The translations under genes and the position numbers were made by a program. DNA of 59,421 nucleotides, filler included, from Dimargaris cristalligena (Eukaryota), in assembly GCA_003614675.1 (NCBI GenBank). It is 4 parts of 4 records of this genome, joined end to end, with 100 filler letters (N's around TTAATTAATTAA, not from the genome) between each part and the next. Parts side by side here need not be neighbours in the genome. Positions count along the whole stretch, not along the records: positions 1 to 14,793 come from ML002931.1; positions 14,894 to 29,674 come from ML002932.1; 2 more parts are not named here. The stretch is one strand, 5' to 3'. The notes under the pieces were generated by a model. It saw only the letters and a list, made by a program, of their open reading frames with translations. It was not told where the DNA came from and ran no database searches. Below, piece after piece: positions 12,781 to 23,737 of this stretch; the stretch's first letter is position 1; the number at the start of each line of letters is the position of its first letter.

Positions 12781-13812
12781 ATGATGTTCCCATCCCCCCG
12801 TTCTGTGTCGCTGCTGAGCATCGCGTTGCCTGTCCTGGCCACGGGCTGGGCCCCCGCCCCTCTGACGGTGACGGCCTCCCCAGTTGACCAGCTGGTGCAG
12901 GCGGGTACCAATCCAAGCCCAACCTCGCTTTCCCAACTGTGGGACATCATCAAATCGGGATTTGAGGGACTGCTATCCCAGACCAATGCTACGGATCCCG
13001 GCCCCGGTAGTTCCGTCGCCCCGTCTGCCCAATCGACGGCGTACAGTGCCACGACATCCAACTGGATGTCCGGGTACTCATCCTACCAAGGAAACACCGC
13101 GACCGCCAAGCTAACCACGTCCCAGGGCACTGTCACGGCGGCCCCTACCTCTACCTCGAAGACCACCTCCACCAAGGCAACCACCCAATCCACCCCGCAA
13201 ACCATGAACCGAGGAACTGCCACAACCTCCCCTACCACAACTGTCGTACTTCCCACTACCACCCCCACAGGGGCCCCCGACCACATCGAACCCATTGGAA
13301 CCAGTCGAAGAGTCGAGCTTACCTACTACTGGATTGCGGTGCAGCATGAGACCGATGTGGGAACCGTAACCCTGGGCACCTGCGATGGCAAGAGGCTGGC
13401 GTCGGTAACGAAGGCATTTGCCGACCAAGTCAATATGGAAGGATCGGCCAAACTCCTGGATGGCAAGTTTATCAACAAGGCCAGCTGCCCGTGCAGTAAC
13501 TACATGTGTTTCAAGGAGGCTGTTGGCGCCTTGGGCAACAAGAACAATGTCTTGGTTCCCTATTCTAGTATTTCCGTTAATGATGTCAAATCTGGGCAAA
13601 CGGTGTTCGTTCCTCAATTCAAGGGACTCGTGCTACCCAATGGCAAGGTCCACAATGGTTGTCTTCGTTCGGACGACGTTGCTAGCACCTTCGGGAATAG
13701 CCACATCGATTGGTATGTCGTCGATAAAACGAACTACCAGACTCTCAACGCAAAGTTGAAATTGACCAAGGTGGACATGTACACCCAGACCTGTACCATC
13801 GGTAACTACTAG
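12781..13812 (+). CDS. Secreted protein with a Ser/Thr-rich linker and a C-terminal 3D (MltA-like double-psi beta-barrel) domain
   Basis: Hydrophobic signal-like N-terminus and a long T/S/P-rich stretch, then VELTYYW, EGSAKL, LVPYSSISVND, G.TVFVP, GCLRSDDV and HIDWYV, matching the 3D-domain pattern. Intronless. Confidence 0.75.
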   Translation: MMFPSPRSVSLLSIALPVLATGWAPAPLTVTASPVDQLVQAGTNPSPTSLSQLWDIIKSGFEGLLSQTNATDPGPGSSVAPSAQSTAYSATTSNWMSGYSSYQGNTATAKLTTSQGTVTAAPTSTSKTTSTKATTQSTPQTMNRGTATTSPTTTVVLPTTTPTGAPDHIEPIGTSRRVELTYYWIAVQHETDVGTVTLGTCDGKRLASVTKAFADQVNMEGSAKLLDGKFINKASCPCSNYMCFKEAVGALGNKNNVLVPYSSISVNDVKSGQTVFVPQFKGLVLPNGKVHNGCLRSDDVASTFGNSHIDWYVVDKTNYQTLNAKLKLTKVDMYTQTCTIGNY

Positions 13813-14327
13813 CTGGTTAAGTATGGAGCCGGTTACATTGATGCGCCCCGTTTTCCAGTAATTTTTAAAGAACCCCCCCACCAGCTCTTAAATAACATCG
13901 GCATTCTCCGACTCTGGTTTAATGCATCAGTGATTGCAATGTGCCCTTTTAAATCTTGGCCAACATCTCTCCTGCAGAGAGTATAGTCGAATTTTATAAT
14001 CAATAAAGTATTTCAGTCTTCCTTTTTCCGGTATACTTAATAATTGGACCTGGTTTGCCAAAATTACCTCTGCAGGCCAGGTAATGTAAAAATTTCAGCT
14101 TCCAGAGACTTTATTTCAATTTCATTGAAATATAGTAACAATATTATGCAATAAGCCGGTCCTCACTTTTTTAATATGACATCCATTCCAACTAGTGAAT
14201 AATTTTAAGAAATATATGTCCATTCCCATGTTACTAAATTGACAACCTATTGCAAATGCTGCTTATATTGATTATATCTATAATACTTAACCCAATTGAG
14301 TACTGCACATTTAAAAAATAAATTGCA

Positions 14328-14680
14328 TATCAGACTATCTAATCCATCTTAATCTGGTCAGCTAGATATCTGACCTGATTAGGCCTTATAGTACCATATT
14401 AACCTCCCTATAGTTACCCCCAGTGCTATTGGATTACCACTTTTTATATAACCTTCTCTATCTAAGATGCTGCTCATTTGCACTACTTACTCCCAGTACT
14501 AATCTACTAGACTCTTCCAGTTACCATCAGAGTCTTCCAGATACCCACTGCTATCTAGTCAGCCTATTTACCTATATCTTAGTCTTATTAGTATCCTTAC
14601 CTTGGGACCTCCCTCTGGAGTTATCCCCATATATATATAACTGGGCCCCATTGAGACTGGTTCAATTCCTTAGCATATTG
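14328..14680 (+). mobile_element. Degenerate partial LTR-like repeat (copy A)
   Basis: Collinear with the reverse complement of about 43980-44322, including the exact 23-mer attaggccttatagtaccatatt (14378-14400 vs 44248-44270), agtcttattagtatc and ccccatatatatataactgg. Begins TATCAG where copy B has TGTCAG. No CpG seen between about 14160 and 14728. Confidence 0.7.
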
Positions 14681-14793
14681 TGGTGAACTTACCACATTTT
14701 TTACCTACTTTTATTTTTATCTATTTTTCGCACTTATTGGAAGTACGCCCCTGACGAGTGAATGAGCCCCTGCCCCTGCCCCTGACGAGTATG

Positions 14794-14893
14794 NNNNNNN
14801 NNNNNNNNNNNNNNNNNNNNNNNNNNNNNNNNNNNNNTTAATTAATTAANNNNNNNNNNNNNNNNNNNNNNNNNNNNNNNNNNNNNNNNNNNN
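14794..14893. other. Artificial contig spacer N44-TTAATTAATTAA-N44
   Basis: 100-bp N block containing an all-frame stop linker; identical at all three gaps. Confidence 0.97.
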
Positions 14894-14989
14894 CTTGCCT
14901 CATCAAATGGATTCTTTGTTATACAGCCTTGTTGAACTACTCCCATATTAAACCAGGCTGGTCTCGAATTTATGGATTCTCAACCGCCA
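14894..14989. repeat. Exact inverted duplicate of 15778-15873 at the contig edge (probable chimera)
   Basis: About 96 bp that is the reverse complement of the end of the 15066-15797 ORF plus the left part of the MITE. Confidence 0.85.
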
Positions 14990-14990
14990 A

Positions 14991-15797
14991 AACAGTCTGA
15001 GTCAGGGGGGAAATTTCCGCGATAAGGAGCGGGAGACTGGTGGCAATGCCGGCGGCTTCCAACGGATGGAGCTCATTGACGAATACCAAGTGGGCAAACC
15101 CCCTGCTCGTTCCGACGGGGGCGATAATGGTAATCGAGGTCCCCCTCCTCGAAACCGGAAACCGGTTTCGGCTGCTGCATCGCTATTTTACAATGGTCAC
15201 GGTGAAAATCCAGCTGTAGGATCGGGACCCGCGCCTACCAACAGCGGACCTGGGTCAAGCCTAGCCAACGGGGCAGGGGAGGGCCAATTGATTCCGGACG
15301 ATCGGTTAAATTTCTTGATTCAAAGCATGGCCGAAATGAAAGAGCGAATCAATCAGACTGACTACCTCACCCAGAAACAGGCCGAAGCCGTTCTACCATC
15401 GGTGACCACCCTCAACCGTTTCGCCGATTTACAGCGGGAAAACGCTCAGCTACAGTCGGAGATTATCCACTGGAAAACCGAAGCTGACGCGGCTTGCCGG
15501 GAAACCGATCGGGCCAACCTAGCCCTGGATCAGCTCCGGAAACACATTACTGCCATTCTCACTGTTTGTGCCCTGCCGATTGACGATGGCACACCGTCGG
15601 TTGATGGCCCAAGCAGCCCTGTAGTGGCCACTATTGATCTGCGTGTGGCCCAACTGGCAGAGAATATAACCCGGCTCGTACAAGTGCCCGAGCTGGTCTC
15701 GCAGGATCAGCGGAATACCGATGTCGACCGACTAGTAGACTCGTGGCTCCAGGAAACGCGGGTCCCGGATGAAAAAATGGCGGTTGAGAATCCATAA
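14991..15797 (+). CDS. Hypothetical coiled-coil protein, probably a 5'-truncated C-terminal part
   Basis: The frame stays open upstream of ATG 15066 back to the inverted-duplication junction (NSLSQGGNFRDKERE...). G/P/N-rich region followed by heptad-like DLQRENAQLQSEI...LALDQLRKHI. No family recognised. Confidence 0.6.
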   Translation, partial: NSLSQGGNFRDKERETGGNAGGFQRMELIDEYQVGKPPARSDGGDNGNRGPPPRNRKPVSAAASLFYNGHGENPAVGSGPAPTNSGPGSSLANGAGEGQLIPDDRLNFLIQSMAEMKERINQTDYLTQKQAEAVLPSVTTLNRFADLQRENAQLQSEIIHWKTEADAACRETDRANLALDQLRKHITAILTVCALPIDDGTPSVDGPSSPVVATIDLRVAQLAENITRLVQVPELVSQDQRNTDVDRLVDSWLQETRVPDEKMAVENP

Positions 15798-15818
15798 ATT
15801 CGAGACCAGCCTGGTTTA

Positions 15819-15962
15819 ATATGGGAGTAGTTCAACAAGGCTGTATAACAAAGAATCCATTTGATGAGGCAAGTACTACTGGTTGAAAAGAAACATCCCA
15901 CCGATTTTCCCATACACATATCGGCTAAAACCTTATACAACCAAGCTGAACTTCACCCATAT
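15819..15962. mobile_element. MITE-like element, copy 1 (144 bp)
   Basis: Imperfect terminal inverted repeats of about 30 bp (atatgggagtagttcaacaaggctgtataa / ttatacaaccaagctgaacttcacccatat), flanked by a direct TGGTTTA repeat (15812-15818 and 15963-15969). Second copy at 39561-39706. Confidence 0.75.
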
Positions 15963-17758
15963 TGGTTTAATTTTTTATTATTAATAGCTTTTTATTTTCA
16001 AATCCCGAAATCCAGTCGATATACATTGTGCTTGGCGAGTATATATTGTCTTGATTTAGTTTCGCTTTTTTTATACCCCATTGTATTTTTTCCCATCCGT
16101 AATTATATAGATATTTGGATACGTCGATTGGCTCTTGATGAATAATATTTAAGTCATTTGGCAAGAACCGACGTGTGGGCAGTTTGGTTGATTAATTGTG
16201 TTTTGTAAGGGAAGCAGGGGTATGCTACTACGCCTGAGGGATTTTACATCCTATTGTCACGAGTAGATTTCGCACGTGAGCATTCCAAGGGGAGTAGTAG
16301 TGTTCCTCCTCTCCCAGCAGCGTCATGTGTAAGACTAGCAATCGCTTCTGGCTTAGATGTATTATTTTATACCCTGCCCACCTTCACCGGTTTCTTGCAG
16401 CAGTCCGCCTTCTCCGTATTTTAATTGGGGGTTCTAGGTGAAGGGGGGGGGTCTATATACTGCTGACTTGTGGGTCACACGGAAACGGCTTGGCACTCGG
16501 TTTGAAAAATGAGGCGGGGGGGTATTGGCACGACGTCTGGGATTGGATATGAGCGCACCCCTCCACTTCACGCCAATTTGACCATTTCTTCTTAGTTGCT
16601 GTTGTTGTTGGGGGCCCATATATCCGTCATATGGGGGATATATATTACTTGGCAATATCGGGCCGCTCAGGGAAACGCCACAATTGCTGGGTGGAATGGT
16701 CCAATTGAAGCCGGTTCTTGGTCATATTTTTGGGATTACTGACTGTGCTGTGTGTGTGCATGGGGGTGGGTTATCGAGGCAACTTGGTCGATTAGCCTAT
16801 CCCTGGGAGGACGACCGTAGTGGCACGGATACCCAACACCGGGCGCCAGATGTATATACTTTATTGGGAATTGCGAGGGTGGTGGTATCTTGAATTGGGG
16901 TATTCTAGTGTGGGGCTGGGAAATCGGGAAATTTGGAAGATGAGCATCATTCTCAAACCACACCATCTATATACCGGTGCATTGGTAAGGCGGGGCTTGG
17001 CAGCATTGGCGACCAAGTGGGATCTGTACTTTACTGGTGCGGTTTATTAAGCATGTCCGTGGAACTATTTAGTCTGGCTATTAGATAGTTCCAGTGGGCA
17101 AATAGATAGTGTCGGGGGATTTTATTACGGTAAATGCAATGAGCTCAGCCCATAGTCGTTGGCCCTCTTACCTGGCGTCGAGATATCTCCAGGGGGTTGC
17201 GAGACGCCTTTTTGTTGTAATTGTATAGCGCAGCTGTACCATCAATTAGGAGGAGGCCATCCCATATGGGCCGTTTATAAAATCGTACCCTGTGTGCTTT
17301 AATCGCGGATTCTGGGGACTGTGAAAGGCAACTCCGTTCGAAATTCAAGTTGGTATATTATTCAGCGAATGACGCTCGGTAAGTGGCAATGGTCAAGAAA
17401 TAGCCATTGCTAGTCAGTACACCATCGACTGCGAGGGAAGGGCCTCGCCACTGCCAATGCAGTGTGACATCCGCTGTATTCTACTGCGATTAAGGAGAGG
17501 AGTAGCACTGGGTCGTATATGCGATAATCCCTATAAGCTGCCCTTTCCTCCTCTTCCCTCAATCTCTCCCCCTTCCTAGCCCAGTAGTCCCAAAGGCATT
17601 CTTATAACTTACCCACCACCATACCATCTCCACCCCCCGAAAGTCACCCCAGTCCTTTATCGAGCTGTTAGTTCCTGGGAATATACTTATTATTATTCTA
17701 TTCTGCTTTTTATTTTTACCAGTGCCTTCATTTCCCCGCATTCCGAGCGACTCCCACC

Positions 17759-18167
17759 ATGGCCACTGTTGATTTTCTCGGGGTACGTTAGGTTTGTAGG
17801 CCCCCAGGTCCATGGATTCCGCACTCACCGTCATCCGCCCATATGGCGGTGGTACCTATTGACCTCCGACGGGGACCTTGCCTGGCACGCCTCTCGCCCA
17901 AGACCCAAGTTTACTAACCATCCCCTCCACCAGGTGTACTACTATTATTCCCCATTGTCCCGACATGCCCATGCCCTTCGCCACCCATTGTCAGAGGGCA
18001 ATCGAATTGGCCAAGAAAGCCACCGAGGAAGACGGGAAAGAAAACTATGAGGAGGCGTATAAGCTGTACCAGAATGCCCTGGACTACTTCGTCACTGCTC
18101 TCAAATGTAAGACCTTCTATGCTATAGTCTCCCGCGCTATCTACGTTGACTACAACCCACCTCCTCA

Positions 18168-18206
<39 letters not shown>

Positions 18207-20204
18207 CTCCTTTGGCGAACGGGTTATGCCTAAGTCTCGTGAATTAACCGGCTATTTGGTACGTCTCTTATCCTAACTATAATACCACTTTCCCCGGTTG
18301 GCCTTGCCTCGGTTTACGTACAGACGAAAAAAACGACCGGCTGAAGGATGCAATCCGCAAGAAATTCACCGAGTATCTCGAACGAGCGGAGGTGCTCAAG
18401 GACTATCTTAGTAAATTGGAAAAGAAGAAAACCGAGGTCCAGCCCAATGATGGCACGGGCGCGACCAAGGGAAAGTAAGTATTGTCTTTACTAAGATTTA
18501 CTCCATACCACACTATATTCCATGTTTACCCGAACTAGAGGAATGGTATTTTTTTGTCAAATAAGGGTCATTAGACACCCATCCATTTTTGCTGACTAAT
18601 TTACATTGTTCGACTATGGTTTGCGGTATATGGCATTAGGAAAAAAACCGGTTCAGGAAGTGGCGACGAAGGCGATGCCGAATCGAAGAAATTACGGGAG
18701 GGACTTGCGGGTAGGCTATCTCGTACCAACTGAATTTTATGAATAGGGGTGCAGAAGCGGGTAGTGCTCCATAATGATGCACTGGAGGGCGACCATCATA
18801 TTTACCATTTCTAAGATTTGCTCACGTTTGGATTCTATTTTGCGTATTACTCTTTCATTTCTTTATTTTTATTTTGAATTATTAGGTGCCATTTTGAACG
18901 AGACGCCCAATGTGCACTGGGATGATGTAGCCGGCCTGGAAGGGGCCAAGGAGGCCCTCAAAGAAGCGGTTATCCTGCCGATTAAATTCCCGCACTTGTT
19001 TACCGGTAAGTAAAGCGGCGCGTATACTCGGGACTGTCCGGGCGGTTTCAACTGTATGGGCCGGACCTGGCTTATCTATTCCTTACAAGAAACTTAAAAT
19101 ATAGTTCTAACGCCCGATTCACCTTTATTCTCTGACCCTTCCTATCAATGTCCTCCACTAGGCAAGCGCACCCCCTGGCGGGGCATTCTTCTGTACGGCC
19201 CCCCGGGTACTGGTAAATCGTATTTGGCCAAAGCGGTGGCCACTGAAGCCAAGGCCACCTTTTTCGCCGTTTCGTCGTCGGATCTCGTCTCCAAGTGGAT
19301 GGGAGAAAGCGAGCGATTGGTGAAACAACTGTTCCAGATGGCGCGGGAGAATAAGCCGGCGATTATCTTCATTGACGAAATCGACTCCCTCTGCGGCACA
19401 CGGGGCGAGGGCGAAAGCGAGGCCAGTCGGCGGATCAAGACCGAACTGCTGGTGCAGATGAACGGGGTGGGCAAAGACGATACGGGAGTACTGGTCCTAG
19501 GGGCCACGAATATCCCGTGGCAACTGGACGGGGCCATCCGCCGGCGTTTCGAGAAGCGCATCTACATTCCGTTACCGGAGAAGGCGGCCCGGGCCCGCAT
19601 GTTCCAGTTGCATATCGGGGATACACCGTGTACCCTGGGGGTGCGGGACTATAAGGCTCTGGCCTGTAAGACGGACGGGTTTTCCGGGTCGGATATCCAG
19701 GTGGTCGTGCGGGATGCCCTGATGCAGCCGGTGCGTAAGGTCCAGACGGCGACCCATTTTAAACACGTAAGTCCTTGGGTTGTTTTGTAGGGAGTGAAGC
19801 GATGGGTAGAAAAGATCTTGACTATGACATGAATTCAGTTTACTAGGCCCATGGTGAGTATTAGCTGTATGGTCCGAGCGAATCCTTGGATTAGCCGGAT
19901 TGGAATACAACCACTCAATTGCACAGTCTAATTAACTTCTAATTGAAGTATTGTGGTAATTTAGGTTTCCCGGACATATGGCGGAGACAACCCACGCGTA
20001 ATCAAAGGATGGACGCCCTGCTCACCCGGGGACCCCGATGCCGTAGAGAAATCGTGGATGGATCTAGAGGCGCACGAATTGCTGGAGCCCGAACTAACGG
20101 CGCGTGACTTTCTCAAGGCGGTCAAAAATGGACGGCCAACGGTGGGCGCGGATGATATTACCAAACATACCCAGTTTACCCAAGATTTTGGCCAGGAGGG
20201 CTAA
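17759..20204 (+). CDS. VPS4: AAA ATPase Vps4 (ESCRT-III disassembly)
   Basis: Seven exons: 17759-17782, 17995-18106, 18324-18474, 18640-18710, 18886-19005, 19162-19766, 19965-20204. MIT domain ([17 protein letters not shown]), Walker A GPPGTGKS, Walker [18 protein letters not shown] and C-terminal FGQEG. Confidence 0.97.
18168..18206 (+). repeat. (TAC)n microsatellite in VPS4 intron 2
   Basis: About 13 tandem TAC units, read directly. Confidence 0.9.
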
Positions 20205-21523
20205 GCCAGCTCATATTACAAGCGTTAAGAAAGGGAGAGGGGTGGTACGCTTGAATCACTCCAAGAAAGTCCTACAGGTCGCACGTTCGAATGTACTTTA
20301 GTTAACTCTGACTCGTTTGCTGCCATCCACAGACATGCCCCTGGGGGTGTTTTAATCGGGCCCCCGTTTCAGTCCTTAATCGTGGCCCAAGGCCCTCAGA
20401 TGGTGCATCGTTAACTTTACTAGCCATCGATATTGTATTGAATAAACCATAGTCGATATTGCCAATGCTGGTTGATGGTAATAATTAAATTCGGTGTACA
20501 GATATTGTCCAGGCCATTGATTTAGGAATGGTTAATATGACATAGGGTTACTTGATTAGTTACGGATTCCCTTGAATTAAGAAAATTAATATTCGCTGAT
20601 CAACCAACCTTCCTTGGATAGTCAGATACACTGATACTTTTTGGCAACATCCCAGGTACTGAAAAGGACAATAGAAGAGCAAGGCGCTCTTGGAGCCAAT
20701 GGAACTACCATTGGCCAGGGGCTCTATTCAACGAGGTGGGGCAACCGCAGCTGATTAGGGGAGCGAAGCTGCTGAGTGGCAGCGACTGGTTTGCTAACTA
20801 GTCTGGAGGCACGTGTGGTGGTGACTAATACGTGGGCCAGTGATACTTCTTAGTTGGTTTAGTAGGGGAAAGTGTTAGATTGGGGGATAACACACCTTCC
20901 CAATACTACTATTACCACCACACGTCATTCCAAGGCGGAAGCAAGCGTATAGAATAATAAGTATCCTAAACGATAATGGTGGCCCACCGCCATCTTTCGC
21001 AGCGGGTCTCTTATCTGGTGGCACCTTCCGCGGGTGTTTCGCGAATCCCGCTATTCCATCGGTGAAGTCGGTCTAGTTTCCCGTATCATTCCCGTTATTG
21101 GTCGTTGAAGGTTCGACGTTCCCGTATTCGCCAACGAAGCCGAAGGACCGTGTGGTAGACTGAGCCAGCTTGTTAGCCTGTGAAGTCCCCCTTACGTCTA
21201 ACTTGACCTTGCCCGCATTTCGGCCGCGCCATCCAAGTCCTCTCCCTAGCAGTCAGTCAGTCAATCAGCCAGTCTGCTACCAAAGTGATCCAATCGCGAT
21301 CTACTGTGCCTCTTTTTAAGTTCCTCTTTATGTATTCCCCCCTCTTTCCATTCCTCTCCCTTAGTTTCTTTCCACCTCTCTAATTCTCGCTACCCCCGCA
21401 TCATTGCCCTCTGTCTCTCTCTCTCTCTACCCACGATCCCCACCCACCTGGTGCAATTGCATTAACCATTGTCCCGTTACTCCGCTCTTCTTTTCTTTTC
21501 GTAGCTGGTCATCCCCGCTAACC

Positions 21524-23737
21524 ATGGCGACTACTTTACTCCCGTCCATGCGTCACATTCCATTGGGCAAACGCACCACCAGCCTTTTGCGTTCGCCCAC
21601 CCCCACCGCTCTTCTTCACCCACTGCGCTCGCTGGCCCCATTCTCGACTCTGCGCCACCCAGCAGCGGCTTCCGCAGCTTTCTCCCACCGATGCTCTCCC
21701 CTGCCGTTGGTACCGTTGGGCTCCCGTGGCTATGCGAGTTCCCGTAAATTTATCAACTGGCGGAGCGATATCCAGTCACTGGAGGACCAGGCCTACGACT
21801 CTCCCACTAGCGCCCGGGCCCAGAACCAGTACCTTAAAATGCTCCAGAAAATGGGCGCCTTCCAGGATATCGTCAACCACGTCGAAGCCGAAGAGGAAGA
21901 TGGGCCCTTTGCGGCCGACCAGGAAACCATGAAGTATTATCTGGAGGCCCTGGTCGAGTTGGGCGAGTCCAAGGACTCCGCCTCCCGGCTCTATCAACAA
22001 GTCTCCCGGCGGCCCCAGCTGGCGTCCTCGGTCTTTGGCTCGGCGGCGCCTTCGGGCGGATCTGGCCTCGGAAACGGGTTTGCCGAGGGGATGAACTTCA
22101 ACTCCGGCGGCCCTGTACGAGTCGTGCTGGAGAACCCTACCTCGCCCTGGATCCGCTTGCTCAAGTGGATCGGCGGCGTCACTTTCTTCGGCTTCCTGAC
22201 CCTCAGTATCGTGAGTCTAGCCCTGGAGTCCTCGGGGGCCATGAAGATCGCCAACCAGAACGGTAACGTCACCCCAGTGGCCCAGAAGCCCAAGGTCACC
22301 TTCGACGATGTCCAGGGTTGTCCCGAGGCCAAGGAGGATCTGAAGGAGGTCGTCGACTTCCTCAAGCATCCCGAACAATTCACCGAGCTCGGGGGGCGTT
22401 TGCCCAAGGGTGTGCTGCTGACCGGTCCCCCGGGTACCGGTAAAACGCTCCTGGCCCGGGCCGTCGCCGGTGAAGCCGGAGTCTCCTTCTTCTTCATGTC
22501 CGGTTCCGAATTCGATGAGCTGTACGTCGGTGTAGGTGCCCGGCGAGTGCGGGATCTTTTTGCGGCTGCCCGCAGCCACTCCCCCGCGATTGTGTTCATT
22601 GACGAAATCGACGCCATTGGTGGCAAGCGCGGTCAGCGCGAACAAGCCCACATTAAACAAACCCTGAACCAGCTGCTGGTGGAACTCGACGGGTTTTCGC
22701 CCACCGAAGGGGTCATTTTTATCGGAGCCACGAACTTCCCCGAACTCCTCGACCAGGCCCTGGTGCGGCCCGGCCGGTTCGACCGGAACGTCCACGTGCC
22801 GCTGCCCGATGTGCGCGGCCGCCTGGCTATCCTGAACCTCCACACCAAGAAAGTCCCTCTGGACACGGAGGTGGATCTCAGTTACATCGCCCGCGGCACG
22901 CCCGGTTTCTCGGGAGCGGACCTGCACAATCTCGTCAACCACGCGGCCATCCAGGCCTCCCGGGAGGGCGCGCGGTCCGTGACCATGCGTAACCTGGAGT
23001 TCGCCAAGGATAAAATCATGATGGGGGCCGAGCGGAAGTCCGCGGTCATATCCGAATCCGAGCGTAAAATCACCGCTTTTCACGAAGGGGGCCACGCCCT
23101 CGTGGCGTACCACACGCCCGGGTCCATGCCCCTCCACAAAGCCACCATCATCCCGCGCGGCCAGTCCCTCGGGATGGTCATGCAGCTGCCCGAGATGGAC
23201 CGCTCGCATCAGACCCGGCAGCAGTACGAGGCCCAAATCGCCATTTGTATGGGCGGTCGGGCGGCCGAGGAACTCATCTTCGGCCACGACCATATTACAT
23301 CGGGCGCCTCCAGTGATATCCAGAGCGCCACCCGGTACGCCCGGGCCATGGTGACCCTGTACGGGATGAGCGACAAGGTGGGCCTCATTGCTTACCGGCC
23401 CGAGGACGCCAAAGAAGTCAGCGCGGAGACCAAACAAGTGATTGAATCCGAGGTCAAGCGACTCATCGATACCGGCTACGGCTGGGCTAATAAAGTCCTC
23501 GTTGACCACCGGGACCAGCTCGACCGGCTGGCCAACGCCCTACTGGAACACGAAACGCTTACCCAGAAACAGATTATTGCCGTAATTGAAGGTCAGACCC
23601 TACCGCCCCCAACTCTACCCCCGCTCCCGGACACCAAGGATGATCAAAATACCCCCACGCTGGTACCAGCGGCCGCTTCCTCGACCTCGGCGACTCTCCC
23701 TCCGACCGCGGCCCCCTCGAAACCCACCCCGGCTTAA
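21524..23737 (+). CDS. YME1: Mitochondrial i-AAA metalloprotease (FtsH family)
   Basis: Arg/Ser-rich presequence from ATG 21524, one transmembrane segment, GPPGTGKT, FIDEID, RPGRFD and the zinc motif HEGGH. The LGGRLPKGVLL/GSEFDELYVGVGA context is typical of Yme1. Confidence 0.95.
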   Translation: MATTLLPSMRHIPLGKRTTSLLRSPTPTALLHPLRSLAPFSTLRHPAAASAAFSHRCSPLPLVPLGSRGYASSRKFINWRSDIQSLEDQAYDSPTSARAQNQYLKMLQKMGAFQDIVNHVEAEEEDGPFAADQETMKYYLEALVELGESKDSASRLYQQVSRRPQLASSVFGSAAPSGGSGLGNGFAEGMNFNSGGPVRVVLENPTSPWIRLLKWIGGVTFFGFLTLSIVSLALESSGAMKIANQNGNVTPVAQKPKVTFDDVQGCPEAKEDLKEVVDFLKHPEQFTELGGRLPKGVLLTGPPGTGKTLLARAVAGEAGVSFFFMSGSEFDELYVGVGARRVRDLFAAARSHSPAIVFIDEIDAIGGKRGQREQAHIKQTLNQLLVELDGFSPTEGVIFIGATNFPELLDQALVRPGRFDRNVHVPLPDVRGRLAILNLHTKKVPLDTEVDLSYIARGTPGFSGADLHNLVNHAAIQASREGARSVTMRNLEFAKDKIMMGAERKSAVISESERKITAFHEGGHALVAYHTPGSMPLHKATIIPRGQSLGMVMQLPEMDRSHQTRQQYEAQIAICMGGRAAEELIFGHDHITSGASSDIQSATRYARAMVTLYGMSDKVGLIAYRPEDAKEVSAETKQVIESEVKRLIDTGYGWANKVLVDHRDQLDRLANALLEHETLTQKQIIAVIEGQTLPPPTLPPLPDTKDDQNTPTLVPAAASSTSATLPPTAAPSKPTPA

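Noticed and set aside
14747..14790. Two copies of GCCCCTGACGAGT, resembling the hammerhead ribozyme CUGANGA half-core
   Set aside because: No stem II/GAAA half is visible before the contig ends, so it cannot be supported; it may be contig-end noise.
14838..14849. TTAATTAATTAA recurring at about 14.9-kb intervals
   Set aside because: Synthetic stop linker inside N spacers, not a biological periodic element.
15861..15888. TTGATGAG...GAAA inside the MITE, hammerhead-like or box C-like
   Set aside because: The core C is missing, no partner strand for stem I is present, and the motif is not kept in copy 2.
22217..23509. Long antisense ORFs over YME1 (430 aa), and similar ones over CCT3, RBG1, POLG and the 3D-domain gene
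   Set aside because: Shadow ORFs expected from GC-rich third codon positions on the coding strand; no motifs of their own.
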